Shown here: in pieces, positions 55,718 to 64,000 of the stretch | Layout: the number at the start of each line of letters is the position of its first letter | How positions within the stretch are numbered: the first letter of the stretch is position 1 | Assembly: GCA_963674945.2 (NCBI GenBank) | Contig: CAXXWQ010000002.1 | Coordinates: forward strand, 448,001 to 512,000 | DNA from: an uncultured Desulfosarcina sp. | GTDB lineage: Bacteria; Desulfobacterota; Desulfobacteria; Desulfobacterales; Desulfosarcinaceae | Length of the DNA stretch: 64,000 bases | Direction of reading: 5' to 3' | Notes under the pieces: model-generated | Told to the model about the DNA's origin: nothing | Database searches by the model: none | The model's input: only the letters and a program-made list of their open reading frames with translations | Program-made: the position numbers and the translations under genes

Positions 55718-56865
55718 CCGATTCCGACGACCTCCTCGTATTCATTTTCCTCGAACCCGCTTAAGGGAGGACGCTGCTCCGCATCCATTCCCGCCTCGTA
55801 TTCGAATGCCTTCTGGGTATGGCGGGCCACATGGGCAAACAGATCGGCCAGCGGGATGTCGTTTGGACAGGCGTTTGTGCATTGGCCGCAGCCCACGCAT
55901 GCCAGGCTCATATGCGCCATGCGGGTCAGGTGAAAGAAAAGGGTGTCCGTTGGCATCTTGATCTCGCCTTTTCTCCTGGCCCACGAAAGGTATTGAAACG
56001 GCTCGTGCCGGAAGGTGTCGGTGGTAAAGACACAAGTGGTGCAGTAGCAGACCGGGCAGGCGACACGGCAATTGTAACAATTGACGCAGTCGGCCAGGTA
56101 GGTGGCGAGTCCTTCGATGCTGCCCGTGGCTTCGGCCACTTCGGCGAATCGTTCCTTCCGGTATTCGCCGTTTCGCTGCATTCGGGCATCGATGGCGGCC
56201 TGTCGAACCTTCGGGTCAGGTTTGACGGCATCGAGATGCAGACGCTCGAGCAGCGATTTACCTTCTTCCGTCTGGGAGTAGATCATCGGCGGATCGTTCG
56301 CACCAATGCCGAAAAGCGTAACGGCGATGTCGGCACCGTCAGGGATCGGGTGGATGCAAAAGCGGCAGGCGGCGGTGACGTGGGGCATTGTGTCATCTGG
56401 CGGTGAATGGCCGAAGGATGCGGCGCAAAAGGCCCGGGTGGCGGCATCCAGGCTTTCATGGCGGTCCGCGAAGGCCCTGAAATCGGTGTTGGACATGGCC
56501 CCGGCGCAGTCGATGCCGATGATCGTCACCGCCTCCCGTTTGCCCTGATTCAATTTGTCTAACTCGATGAATGAACGAATCTCGCAGGGTCGGAGGACGG
56601 CGACCAGCCGCCCCCCGGATGGCTGCCGGGTGAGCCTGGCCAGCTGTTGGGCGGCATTCACCGGAAAGGCCGGCGACAGCGGATCGATGTTACCAAAGAA
56701 GGCCTGGTCCGCTATCAGGGTGGGCATGATCCGGTGTTTCATGGCCAGCCCCGCCGGCACCAGGATGGCGTCCGTGTCCGACTTTTCCATCAACGTGGTA
56801 AAAAATGCCCGAATGTTATCCAACCAGTCACCGTTTTCTTTGCTCATACAATATGCCTGTGTCAT
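55714..56865 (-). CDS. FdhB/FrhB-like (FlxC-related) 4Fe-4S protein
   Basis: ATG 56865 after GGAGG; AVLRPCEIR...L.KLNQ, IGIDC.G, CVNCYNCRVACPVCYC..CVF, FHLTRMAHMSLACVGCGQCTNACP. Confidence 0.88.
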   Translation of the reverse strand: MTQAYCMSKENGDWLDNIRAFFTTLMEKSDTDAILVPAGLAMKHRIMPTLIADQAFFGNIDPLSPAFPVNAAQQLARLTRQPSGGRLVAVLRPCEIRSFIELDKLNQGKREAVTIIGIDCAGAMSNTDFRAFADRHESLDAATRAFCAASFGHSPPDDTMPHVTAACRFCIHPIPDGADIAVTLFGIGANDPPMIYSQTEEGKSLLERLHLDAVKPDPKVRQAAIDARMQRNGEYRKERFAEVAEATGSIEGLATYLADCVNCYNCRVACPVCYCTTCVFTTDTFRHEPFQYLSWARRKGEIKMPTDTLFFHLTRMAHMSLACVGCGQCTNACPNDIPLADLFAHVARHTQKAFEYEAGMDAEQRPPLSGFEENEYEEVVGIG

Positions 56866-56876
56866 ACCCCCTCCCA

Positions 56877-57299
56877 TCAGATCACCTTTCTCAAATCTTC
56901 CATTGCCGGTCCCATCTCACGGGTGTGGATCACCAGCTCTCCCATGATACGGGCGAATTCGATGCCGTCGCTGGCGCCGATCCAGGTCAGGCGCAGACGC
57001 CGGTCATCGATGCCGAACCGGGGGAGGATCTCCTTGAGCAGTTTGACCCGTCGCCGGGCCTTGTAGTTGCCGTTGATGTAGTGGCAGTCGCCGGGGTGGC
57101 ACCCGCTGATCAACACGGCATCCGCCCCCTCCAAAAAGGCCTTGATCACGTACTGGGGGTCGACCATTCCCGTGCACATCACCCGGATCAGCCGGATGTT
57201 TTCGGGGTAGGCTAGCCGGGAGGTGCCTGCCAGGTCGGCGGCGGTGTATGTGCACCAGTTGCAAACGAAAGCAATAATTGTGGGTTCGAAAGTCTCCAT
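56877..57299 (-). CDS. mvhD: MvhD-type [2Fe-2S] subunit (Cys form)
   Basis: FVCNWCTYTAADLAG, MCTGMVDP, SGCHPGDCHYINGNYKARRR, LTWIGASDG. Confidence 0.93.
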   Translation of the reverse strand: METFEPTIIAFVCNWCTYTAADLAGTSRLAYPENIRLIRVMCTGMVDPQYVIKAFLEGADAVLISGCHPGDCHYINGNYKARRRVKLLKEILPRFGIDDRRLRLTWIGASDGIEFARIMGELVIHTREMGPAMEDLRKVI

Positions 57300-57320
57300 G
57301 AAGATCTCCGATTATTGTAG

Positions 57321-57360
57321 AAGTGTTAAAACGTAACACTTAATACTTAACACTTAGCCA
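57321..57360. repeat. Minimal heptamer element with inverted arms
   Basis: AAGTGTTA-AAACG-TAACACTT palindrome continuing as TAACACT TAATACT TAACACT TAGCCA. Confidence 0.7.
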
Positions 57361-57362
57361 TT

Positions 57363-60300
57363 TCAGCCAACGGCTGAAATGGCTTCCATAATTCCATCCA
57401 GTTCCGCAAACACCTGCTTTCCCTGAAAATGCCGTACCTGCGCCGCATTGGCCGGGCAGGCCGTGCTGCAACTGCCACACCCCTTGCACAGGGCGCCGTT
57501 GACCACGCTCACCTGCCGGCGGGCATCGTAGGAGATGGCGCCGTAGGCGCAAAGATCGATACAGGTCTGGCAGCCCGAGCAGATTTCCGGATCGATCCAG
57601 CTGATGGTCGATGGTACCGAAACGATGCCCCGGGTGGCCAGGGCCAGGGCCTTGGCAGCAGCCCCCGAGGCCTGGGCCACCGTGTCCGGGATATCCTTGG
57701 GACCCTGGCAGGCGCCGGCGATGAAAACGCCGTCCGTGGCCGTGTTCAAGGGACCCAGCTTGGGATGTTCTTCTAAGAAGAACCCATCCATGCCCGGATT
57801 GACGCCGAACAATCGTCCAACGTCGGCAGCGTCGGCGCGTGCTTCCATGGCGCTGCAGAGCACTACCATGTCCACGGGCAGACGAAGCCGTTCCCCCAGC
57901 AACGTGTCCTCGGCGATGGCCACCAGTTTGCCGGCCTCTTCTTCGGATTGTGCCTGATTGGTGATTTCGGCCACCTTGCCCCGGATGAAGATCGTTCCCT
58001 CCTCCTGGCAGCGTCGGTAGAACTCTTCGTATCCCTTTCCGAAACAGCGCTGGTCGATGAAAAAATCGTATACCCGGGTATGATGCCCCACCTTCTCCTT
58101 GATCAGGTGGCTGTATTTGAGGGCATACATGCAGCAGACGCGGGAACAGTAGGGATGGTGGTTGACATCCCGGCTGCCCACGCAGTGGACCAGGGCCACG
58201 GATGCGGGTGGCCGGTCAAATTGGCCATGGGCATCGCGCATGAGGATGCGGCCGCCGGTGGGACCGGTGGCATTGCTGAGCCGTTCAAACTCCAGGCTGG
58301 TGAATACGTTGGCATATCGACCATACCCCAGGGGATGGATGGGGCTCGGGTCCATCAAATCGTATCCCGTTGAAAGGATGATGCTGCCCACCTGAAAGGT
58401 CTCCTCCTGCGGTGTCATGGTATGATCGATGGCCCTGGCCTCGCAGACCGATACGCAGGCCATGCACTCGCTGCAAATCCCGCAGTTGAGGCAGCGAATC
58501 GCCTCCTGCCTGGCATCGGCCTCGTTCATTGCGGCCTCCGCTTCGTCGAAGGTATTCATCCGCGCTCCGGCCGGGCGTTGTTCCGGATGAATTCGCGGAT
58601 GTTTGTGCATCTTTCTGGGGATGGGTGCCCAATCGCTTCCCGGTGCGGACTTCTGCTCGAATTCCTGTGCGAAGGCGTCCAGGTCCTCGCCGGAAAGGAA
58701 TCGCTCCATGGCCTGTGCCGCCCGGTGGCCGGCCGCCACCGCCTCGATCACCGTGGCCGGTCCGGTCACCGCGTCGCCGGCCGCGAACACGTGGGAAATG
58801 GATGTCTGCTGGATTTGGGGATGAACGGCGATGGTGTGTCGGCGCGTCAGTTCGAGTTCTGGTACTTCGTCTGCCCAGGAAAGGTCGGTGCGCTGGCCGA
58901 TGGCCGGGACGATTGTGTCGCAGTCGATGACGAATTCCGAACCTTCCACGGGCAACGGCCGGCGTCGGCCGCTTACGTCCGGAGGTCCCAATTCCGTTCG
59001 GATACACCGGCACCCGGTGACCCTGCCGCCTTCGGCCAGGACCTGTACCGGTGCCGCGAGGAAGACAAGATGGACACCCTCTTCCTTGGCCCCTTGAATC
59101 TCCTCTTCGTAGGCCGGCATCTGTTCTTCGGACCGCCGATAGACGATGGTGACCGAATCGGCACCCAGCCTCATGGCCGTGCGTGCGGCGTCGATGGCCA
59201 CGTTTCCGCCGCCTACCACGGCAATTCGTTTTCCGGGGCATTGCCGTTCGCCCCGGTTGACCGCTCGCAAGAAGGTAAGGGCATCCATCATACCAACGGA
59301 GGTCTCTTCGCCGGGGATTCCGAGAGTGAAGGACCGATGGGCACCGACGGCCAGAAAGACGGCCGAAAATCCCTGGTCGGTCAGATCCGCCAGGGTGAAA
59401 TCCGCTCCCAGTCTGGTGTTGGTGCGGACTTCGATGCCGTGGTCGAGAAGATAACCGATTTCCCTGTCCAGGATTTCCTGTGGCAGGCGATAGTCGGGGA
59501 TGCCCAACCTCAGCATGCCGCCGAGCTTGGAATGGGCCTCGAAGAGGGTAACCTGAAACCCCTTGCACCGCAGATCATAGGCCACCGTCAGCCCGGCGGG
59601 CCCCGAACCCACCACGGCGACCCGTTCGGGTCGATCTTCTATGGTGGGGATTACAAGCGTATCCACGGCCACCATATCGGTGGCAAATCGCTTCAACGCG
59701 CGAATGGCAATGGGTTCATCCACATCACGACGCCGGCACCGGGCTTCGCATGGATGGGGGCATACCCTTCCCAGGACTCCGGGAAGGGGCAGGCGGCGGC
59801 GAATCAGCTCCACGGCTTCGCGATACTTGCCCTGGCCGATCAGCTGGACGTAGCCCTGGACGTTGACGCCCGCCGGGCAGGTAGTGGTACACGGTGCGCG
59901 GTCCTTCTTTTCGATGGTAAAAGTGATGGGGACCGCCTGGGGAAAGGCCCGATAGATGGCCTTGCGGTCGCACAATCTTTCATCCCACTCGCTGGGAACC
60001 GAGACCGGACAGACCTTGACGCATTCACCGCAGCCGGTGCACACGCCTTCTTTCACATAGCGCGGCTTTCGTGTGACGGTCACCGTGTAGTTGCCCACAT
60101 AGCCGGAGACGCGGGTTACCTCGCTGTAGGACAACAGGTGAATGTTGGGATTCTGGGCCACTTCCACCATCTTTGGCGTGCCGATGCAGGCGGCACAGTC
60201 CAGGGTGGGAAAGGTCTTGTCGAACTGAAGCATGTGGCCGCCCACGGTGGTCTGCCGTTCCACCAGATGGACCGTGAGGCCGGCATTGCCGATGTCCAGG

Positions 60301-60770
60301 GCTGCCTGCATGCCGGCGATACCGCCTCCCACAACCATGACATCCGGATGGATCTTTACCGTTCGTGCTTCCAGCTTTTGATGAAAGTTCACCCGGTTGA
60401 TGGCGCCGGCCACAAGGGTCTTGGCCTTGGCCGTCGCCTCGTCTTCATCGGCGGTCACCCATGAGACCTGTTCGCGCACCGATGCCATCTGGAACATATA
60501 CGGGTTCAATCCGGCGCGCTTACAGGCACCCTGAAAGGTTTTTTCATGAAGGCGCGGCGAACAGGAGGCCACCACGACACGGGAAAGGCCCATCTCCCGT
60601 ATGTCTCTTTCGATCATCTCCTGGCCGGGGTCGGAGCACATGAATTTGTAGTCCCTCGAGACGACAACGTTCTTAAGGGTGCGAGCGAAATCGGCGACTT
60701 CGGTTACCCGGACCTTGTGGGCGATGTTGATGCCGCAATGGCAGATGTAGAATCCGATCCTGATTGCCAT
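57363..60770 (-). CDS. HdrL-like protein: HdrA with an inserted GltD/NfnB-like NAD(P)H oxidoreductase module (Cys form), 1135 aa
   Basis: ATG 60770 after GAGGAGG; GFYICHCG.NI, FMCSDPGQ, ASCSPRLHE, FDKTFPTLDCAAC; insert APC...CPAG...LGRVCPHPCE..C.R, VVGSGPAG, GIPDYRLP, VVGGGNVAIDAAR, AGDAVTGPATVIEA; then HCVGSRD, YCSRVCCMY. Confidence 0.9.
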   Translation of the reverse strand: MAIRIGFYICHCGINIAHKVRVTEVADFARTLKNVVVSRDYKFMCSDPGQEMIERDIREMGLSRVVVASCSPRLHEKTFQGACKRAGLNPYMFQMASVREQVSWVTADEDEATAKAKTLVAGAINRVNFHQKLEARTVKIHPDVMVVGGGIAGMQAALDIGNAGLTVHLVERQTTVGGHMLQFDKTFPTLDCAACIGTPKMVEVAQNPNIHLLSYSEVTRVSGYVGNYTVTVTRKPRYVKEGVCTGCGECVKVCPVSVPSEWDERLCDRKAIYRAFPQAVPITFTIEKKDRAPCTTTCPAGVNVQGYVQLIGQGKYREAVELIRRRLPLPGVLGRVCPHPCEARCRRRDVDEPIAIRALKRFATDMVAVDTLVIPTIEDRPERVAVVGSGPAGLTVAYDLRCKGFQVTLFEAHSKLGGMLRLGIPDYRLPQEILDREIGYLLDHGIEVRTNTRLGADFTLADLTDQGFSAVFLAVGAHRSFTLGIPGEETSVGMMDALTFLRAVNRGERQCPGKRIAVVGGGNVAIDAARTAMRLGADSVTIVYRRSEEQMPAYEEEIQGAKEEGVHLVFLAAPVQVLAEGGRVTGCRCIRTELGPPDVSGRRRPLPVEGSEFVIDCDTIVPAIGQRTDLSWADEVPELELTRRHTIAVHPQIQQTSISHVFAAGDAVTGPATVIEAVAAGHRAAQAMERFLSGEDLDAFAQEFEQKSAPGSDWAPIPRKMHKHPRIHPEQRPAGARMNTFDEAEAAMNEADARQEAIRCLNCGICSECMACVSVCEARAIDHTMTPQEETFQVGSIILSTGYDLMDPSPIHPLGYGRYANVFTSLEFERLSNATGPTGGRILMRDAHGQFDRPPASVALVHCVGSRDVNHHPYCSRVCCMYALKYSHLIKEKVGHHTRVYDFFIDQRCFGKGYEEFYRRCQEEGTIFIRGKVAEITNQAQSEEEAGKLVAIAEDTLLGERLRLPVDMVVLCSAMEARADAADVGRLFGVNPGMDGFFLEEHPKLGPLNTATDGVFIAGACQGPKDIPDTVAQASGAAAKALALATRGIVSVPSTISWIDPEICSGCQTCIDLCAYGAISYDARRQVSVVNGALCKGCGSCSTACPANAAQVRHFQGKQVFAELDGIMEAISAVG

Positions 60771-60798
60771 TTTCCTCCTCCATGGTGGAACAACGGTT

Positions 60799-61224
60799 TC
60801 ATGCCCCGGTGCACAGTTGGTGGACGACACGCAGGAGTTCCTCCGCTTCCGGTGGTTTCTGAACATAGGCTGCGGGCTTGGCCACGGGGCGTCCGTCGGG
60901 TGTCCGGGTCACCCCGAAACATCGTAAGAAGGTGCCGCTGTCCAGCGTGGAGAGCATCACCACGGGAATGTGACACAATTGGCGGTCGGTTCGCAGATAC
61001 TGGCAGAGGCGGATTCCACCTTCGGCAGGGAGCATGGCGTCGATGATGATGAGATCCGGACAGACGTCTTTCGCCTTTTTTAGTCCTTCGGCGAGGTTTT
61101 CGGCGCAGATGGGGCGATAGCCATTGGCGGTGAGCAGATTGGAAAGGAAGATGCAAGTGTCCGGTTCATCCTCAACAACAAGAATGGTTTTGGTTGGCCG
61201 GTCGTTTGCCACCGTATCCCCCAT
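60799..61224 (-). CDS. Single-domain response regulator (receiver only)
   Basis: ILVVEDEPD, PDLIIIDAMLP, IPVVMLS, YVQKP; first gene of the Cys-hdr operon. Confidence 0.85.
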   Translation of the reverse strand: MGDTVANDRPTKTILVVEDEPDTCIFLSNLLTANGYRPICAENLAEGLKKAKDVCPDLIIIDAMLPAEGGIRLCQYLRTDRQLCHIPVVMLSTLDSGTFLRCFGVTRTPDGRPVAKPAAYVQKPPEAEELLRVVHQLCTGA

Positions 61225-61258
61225 TGATTCGATGCATTTGACTCGTGGTTCCCATCAA

Positions 61259-61275
61259 AGCATGGACCGTGCCAG
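61259..61275 (-). promoter_or_regulatory. sigma54 promoter of the Cys-hdr operon
   Basis: Minus strand CTGGCACGGTCCATGCT (GG-N10-GC). Candidate enhancer sites upstream: TGTCGAC-N5-CGCAACA near 61357-61375 and the palindrome TGTTGCGCAACA near 61449-61460. Confidence 0.75.
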
Positions 61276-61505
61276 GGTGCGGGTTTGTCTGTAACGACTT
61301 AAATTAATAATATAAATGAGTTGACTCGCGGGGAAAAACAAAAATTACGGATTGCATGTCGACTATGGCGCAACATCGGTCCCATTTGAAATTGAGAATA
61401 AAATATCCAATTAAGGATAGTTACATCGTTTTGATATTTGTTGCATTATGTTGCGCAACAATTGTTGCGTTCCTTTTGTGCCCACCTGGTGAACCACGGT
61501 GGAGA

Positions 61506-62027
61506 TCAGGATGGGGGCAAATGGGGCAGGATGGGCCAACGTTGATCGCCAAGACGAAGCATGAGTCCCATGTCCCCATCTTCCAGATGCTTCGCCATGG
61601 CCATCAGCGCGTGACTGGTGAATCGGACACGTTCGTCTTCTCTTTGCAGATACAAGTGATCGCCCCGGACGAATAATCGGTCGGGATCGAGTTCTACGAT
61701 GGACCCGGTGTTGAGAACCAGCCGAATCGGATTCTCATCGAGGACACGGACGACGAAAAACGGTGTATCCTCATAGGGAAAGTAGACCTTTTCCCGTACG
61801 TCGCCGCGGATTTGGGTGACGAAATAGCCGGCTTCATCCCGACGGATCGAACGATTGAAATAATCGATGATCCGTTTGTGTTCGAAGCGCCCGTGGCGGT
61901 TGTGCCAACGGCCCTGGCCGTCCATCCAGAAGACGGCATCTTCTTTGGCGATGACCACTTCATGCAAGGCGGGCTTGGGCAAAGACGGTTCGGTTTCGTT
62001 CATTCCATTGACATACGATGTAGACAA
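61506..62027 (-). CDS. DUF1285-like hypothetical protein (start uncertain)
   Basis: F.MD..G.W......F....I...F...I.RD..GYF........EKV...YEDTPFFV pattern. Confidence 0.65.
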   Translation of the reverse strand: MSTSYVNGMNETEPSLPKPALHEVVIAKEDAVFWMDGQGRWHNRHGRFEHKRIIDYFNRSIRRDEAGYFVTQIRGDVREKVYFPYEDTPFFVVRVLDENPIRLVLNTGSIVELDPDRLFVRGDHLYLQREDERVRFTSHALMAMAKHLEDGDMGLMLRLGDQRWPILPHLPPS

Positions 62028-62042
62028 AACGGGTTACGAACG

Positions 62043-62195
62043 TTTGGATTGGTAAAAAGTCCGATACCGGCGTGACGCTTCATCCTTCGTCACTGCGGCG
62101 TACGATAGGTACGCCTCATCCCTTAAGGACTCGCAATCCTCGATCCCGGGCTTTTTACGAATCCGTCCGAACAGCGACTTTTTACGAGTTCATCA
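62043..62195 (+). repeat. Dispersed palindromic element family A with an extra outer arm
   Basis: GGATTGGTAAAAAGTCCGATACCGGCG...CTTTTTACGAATCCGTC, then GACTTTTTACGAGTTCATCA. Confidence 0.88.
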
Positions 62196-62331
62196 ATTTT
62201 GAGTTGGTGTATACAGCAATACGGTCTTTCATACAAGTGTCGATACCGACCCCCTACCGGTTGTTGTCGATGGTGTGACAACAACATATATCTTGCGATT
62301 TTATCCGTATTATGCTAGTGAAACGTACACC

Positions 62332-62664
62332 ATGAAACAATATGTGATAGACGAAATCCGTCCTCAAGACTATCAGAAGGTAAAAAAATACCTGGACGAG
62401 ACCCTTGGAGATTCGGGAGTCGATGGGGTGTACTGGCTTCCGGTGGAAGAAGAGATGCTTTCCGCGGCGCAAACGGCGCACCGCTCGTGCGCTCCCTTTT
62501 ACATGGCACTGGAGCTGGAAGAGGGTCGCCTGTCCGGGGAGTTTTTGGTTCGAACCAAGAGCCGTGTTCGTTGCGACTGTATCCGATATGCCGATGTGCG
62601 TCAGCGGGAGTGGCTGATCCGAACTGTCGACGCCATATTTGAGAAACTGGAAATCATTACCTAA
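62332..62664 (+). CDS. Hypothetical protein (110 aa, Cys-containing)
   Basis: MKQYVIDEIRP.D...YWLP...H.SC.PFY.ALEL...E.LVR.....RCDCI.YA...QR.W; co-directional with plsC and rnj. Confidence 0.75.
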   Translation: MKQYVIDEIRPQDYQKVKKYLDETLGDSGVDGVYWLPVEEEMLSAAQTAHRSCAPFYMALELEEGRLSGEFLVRTKSRVRCDCIRYADVRQREWLIRTVDAIFEKLEIIT

Positions 62665-62685
62665 TTCGTCACAGTCTTTTTGTCC

Positions 62686-63423
62686 ATGCTAAAATCTTTC
62701 CAATACCTTGTGATGACCGTCATTATTCTCCTTTGGACCATTCTTGCAACGGTCATTGTCGGGATTATCGTCATCATCGTTTCCTTTTTCAGCAAAACGG
62801 GTAACGTCCCGCACCTGTTGGCGCGGTTTTGGGCCAACTCCATCCTGTGGATCGGCGGGGTCAAAGTGAAGGTCCACGGCGCGGAAAAGTTGGATCCAAC
62901 GCGATCCTTCATATACATGGCCAACCACCAGAGCAATGCCGATATTCCCGTTGCGCTGGGGCGACTTCCCGTCCAGTTCCGTTGGCTGGCCAAGGAGGAA
63001 CTGTTCAAGATTCCCCTCTTCGGCCGTGCCATGCGGGGGGTCGGTTATATCAGCATCGATCGTTCCAACCGAAAAAAGGCCTTCGAAAGCCTGAAACGGG
63101 CGGCCGAGACCATTCGAAACGGCACCAGCGTGCTGATCTTTCCGGAAGGGACACGCAGTCCGGATGGCCGGATTCTGCCTTTCAAGAAGGGGGGATTCAT
63201 CCTCGCCGTGGATTCGGGCGTTCCCATCGTGCCCATCATCATCCACGGAACGCGGAAGATCATCCCCAAAGGGCATTTCTTGATTCGTCCAGCCCCCATC
63301 GTCATCCAGATTCTGGATCCGGTGGAAACGGCCGGCTACACCCGAAAAAACAAGGATGCCCTGCTTGAAACGATTCGAACCATTTTCATCGATAATTTCG
63401 AAAGCGATGAACGGAGCGTCTAA
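62686..63423 (+). CDS. plsC: 1-acyl-sn-glycerol-3-phosphate acyltransferase
   Basis: NHQS.AD, LAKEELFKIP.FG, IDRSN, IFPEGTRS, PFKKGGF. Confidence 0.92.
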   Translation: MLKSFQYLVMTVIILLWTILATVIVGIIVIIVSFFSKTGNVPHLLARFWANSILWIGGVKVKVHGAEKLDPTRSFIYMANHQSNADIPVALGRLPVQFRWLAKEELFKIPLFGRAMRGVGYISIDRSNRKKAFESLKRAAETIRNGTSVLIFPEGTRSPDGRILPFKKGGFILAVDSGVPIVPIIIHGTRKIIPKGHFLIRPAPIVIQILDPVETAGYTRKNKDALLETIRTIFIDNFESDERSV

Positions 63424-63426
63424 GCC

Positions 63427-64000
63427 ATGCTGAAACTCATTCCACTGGGCGGTCTGGGTGAGATCGGCTTGAACATGATGGTGGTGGAATACGCGGACAC
63501 CATCTTCGTCATCGATGCGGGCATCATGTTTCCCGAAGCGTACATGCTGGGCGTGGATTATGTCATTCCCGACATGGAGTACCTGCGGCAAAACCGCAAC
63601 CGGATTTCCGGCGTGATCCTCACACACGCCCACGAGGATCACATCGGCGCCCTGCCCTTTCTGCTCAGGGAGATCAACGTTCCGGTCTTCGGCACCCCCT
63701 TCACGCTGGGTATCGTTCGGCACAAGCTGGAAGAGTACGAACTTCTGGCCACTGCATCCCTTCACGAGGTGAGGCCGCGGGAGCGGTTGAAGATGGGGCC
63801 CTTCGAGGTGGAATTCATCCGGGTCAATCACAGTGTGGTGGACGGTGTGGGGCTGGCCATCTATACGCCCGTGGGGCTCGTGGTGCATACCGGCGACTTT
63901 AAGATGAGTCAGACGATCATAGACGGGATGATCACCGATGTGAACCGCTTTGCCCAGTGCGGCGACGAAGGGGTACTGGTCCTGCTCTCCGATTCCACCA
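63427..64000 (+). CDS. rnj: Ribonuclease J (5' part, runs off the window)
   Basis: MLKLIPLGGLGEIGLNM...IDAG.MFP...LGVDYVIPD...LTHAHEDHIGALP...VNHS...HTGDFK...LLSDST. Not in the ORF track. Confidence 0.95.
   Translation, partial: MLKLIPLGGLGEIGLNMMVVEYADTIFVIDAGIMFPEAYMLGVDYVIPDMEYLRQNRNRISGVILTHAHEDHIGALPFLLREINVPVFGTPFTLGIVRHKLEEYELLATASLHEVRPRERLKMGPFEVEFIRVNHSVVDGVGLAIYTPVGLVVHTGDFKMSQTIIDGMITDVNRFAQCGDEGVLVLLSDST

Overview
GC-rich chromosome segment of a sulfate-reducing Desulfobacterales-type bacterium (canonical dsrC, Hdr/Flx clusters; the taxon is inferred from gene content). (1) 1-10.9 kb is the tail of an exopolysaccharide/PEP-CTERM surface-protein locus: TPR protein end, VanZ-LamG protein, outer-membrane barrel, a PEP-CTERM protein, three proteins with a Gly-Cys-Phe-Ile/Val motif, a broken four-helix-bundle gene and a Phd-VapC toxin-antitoxin pair. 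Most spacers here are built from degenerate 7-nt and 10-nt tandem repeats. (2) 11-19.5 kb is a signal-peptide-bearing Rhs protein behind a sigma54-type promoter, with 11 beta-sandwich-like repeats inserted inside the Rhs core, an AT-rich C-terminal tip and two small membrane proteins. (3) 19.8-29.9 kb: pirin, KH protein, RND efflux system, small enzymes. (4) 30-41 kb: hdrA-mvhD-hdrA-flxDCBA then dsrC. Four genes split in the ORF track are selenoproteins (in-frame UGA at conserved Cys positions with SECIS-like hairpins). (5) 41-51 kb: miaA, two sensor kinases, pspFABC. (6) 51-61 kb: a second, all-cysteine Hdr operon (receiver, hdrL-like, mvhD, fdhB-like, hdrA, hdrC, hdrB) behind a sigma54-type promoter. 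(7) plsC and the start of rnj. Two families of dispersed 125-140 bp palindromic elements occur in spacers. No rRNA, tRNA, CRISPR array or intact transposase was seen. The best candidates for undescribed biology are the heptamer-repeat/four-helix-bundle spacer system, the adhesin-plus-barrel polyprotein with its CFI sorting motif, and the repeat-carrying Rhs. All calls were made by eye, without database searches.
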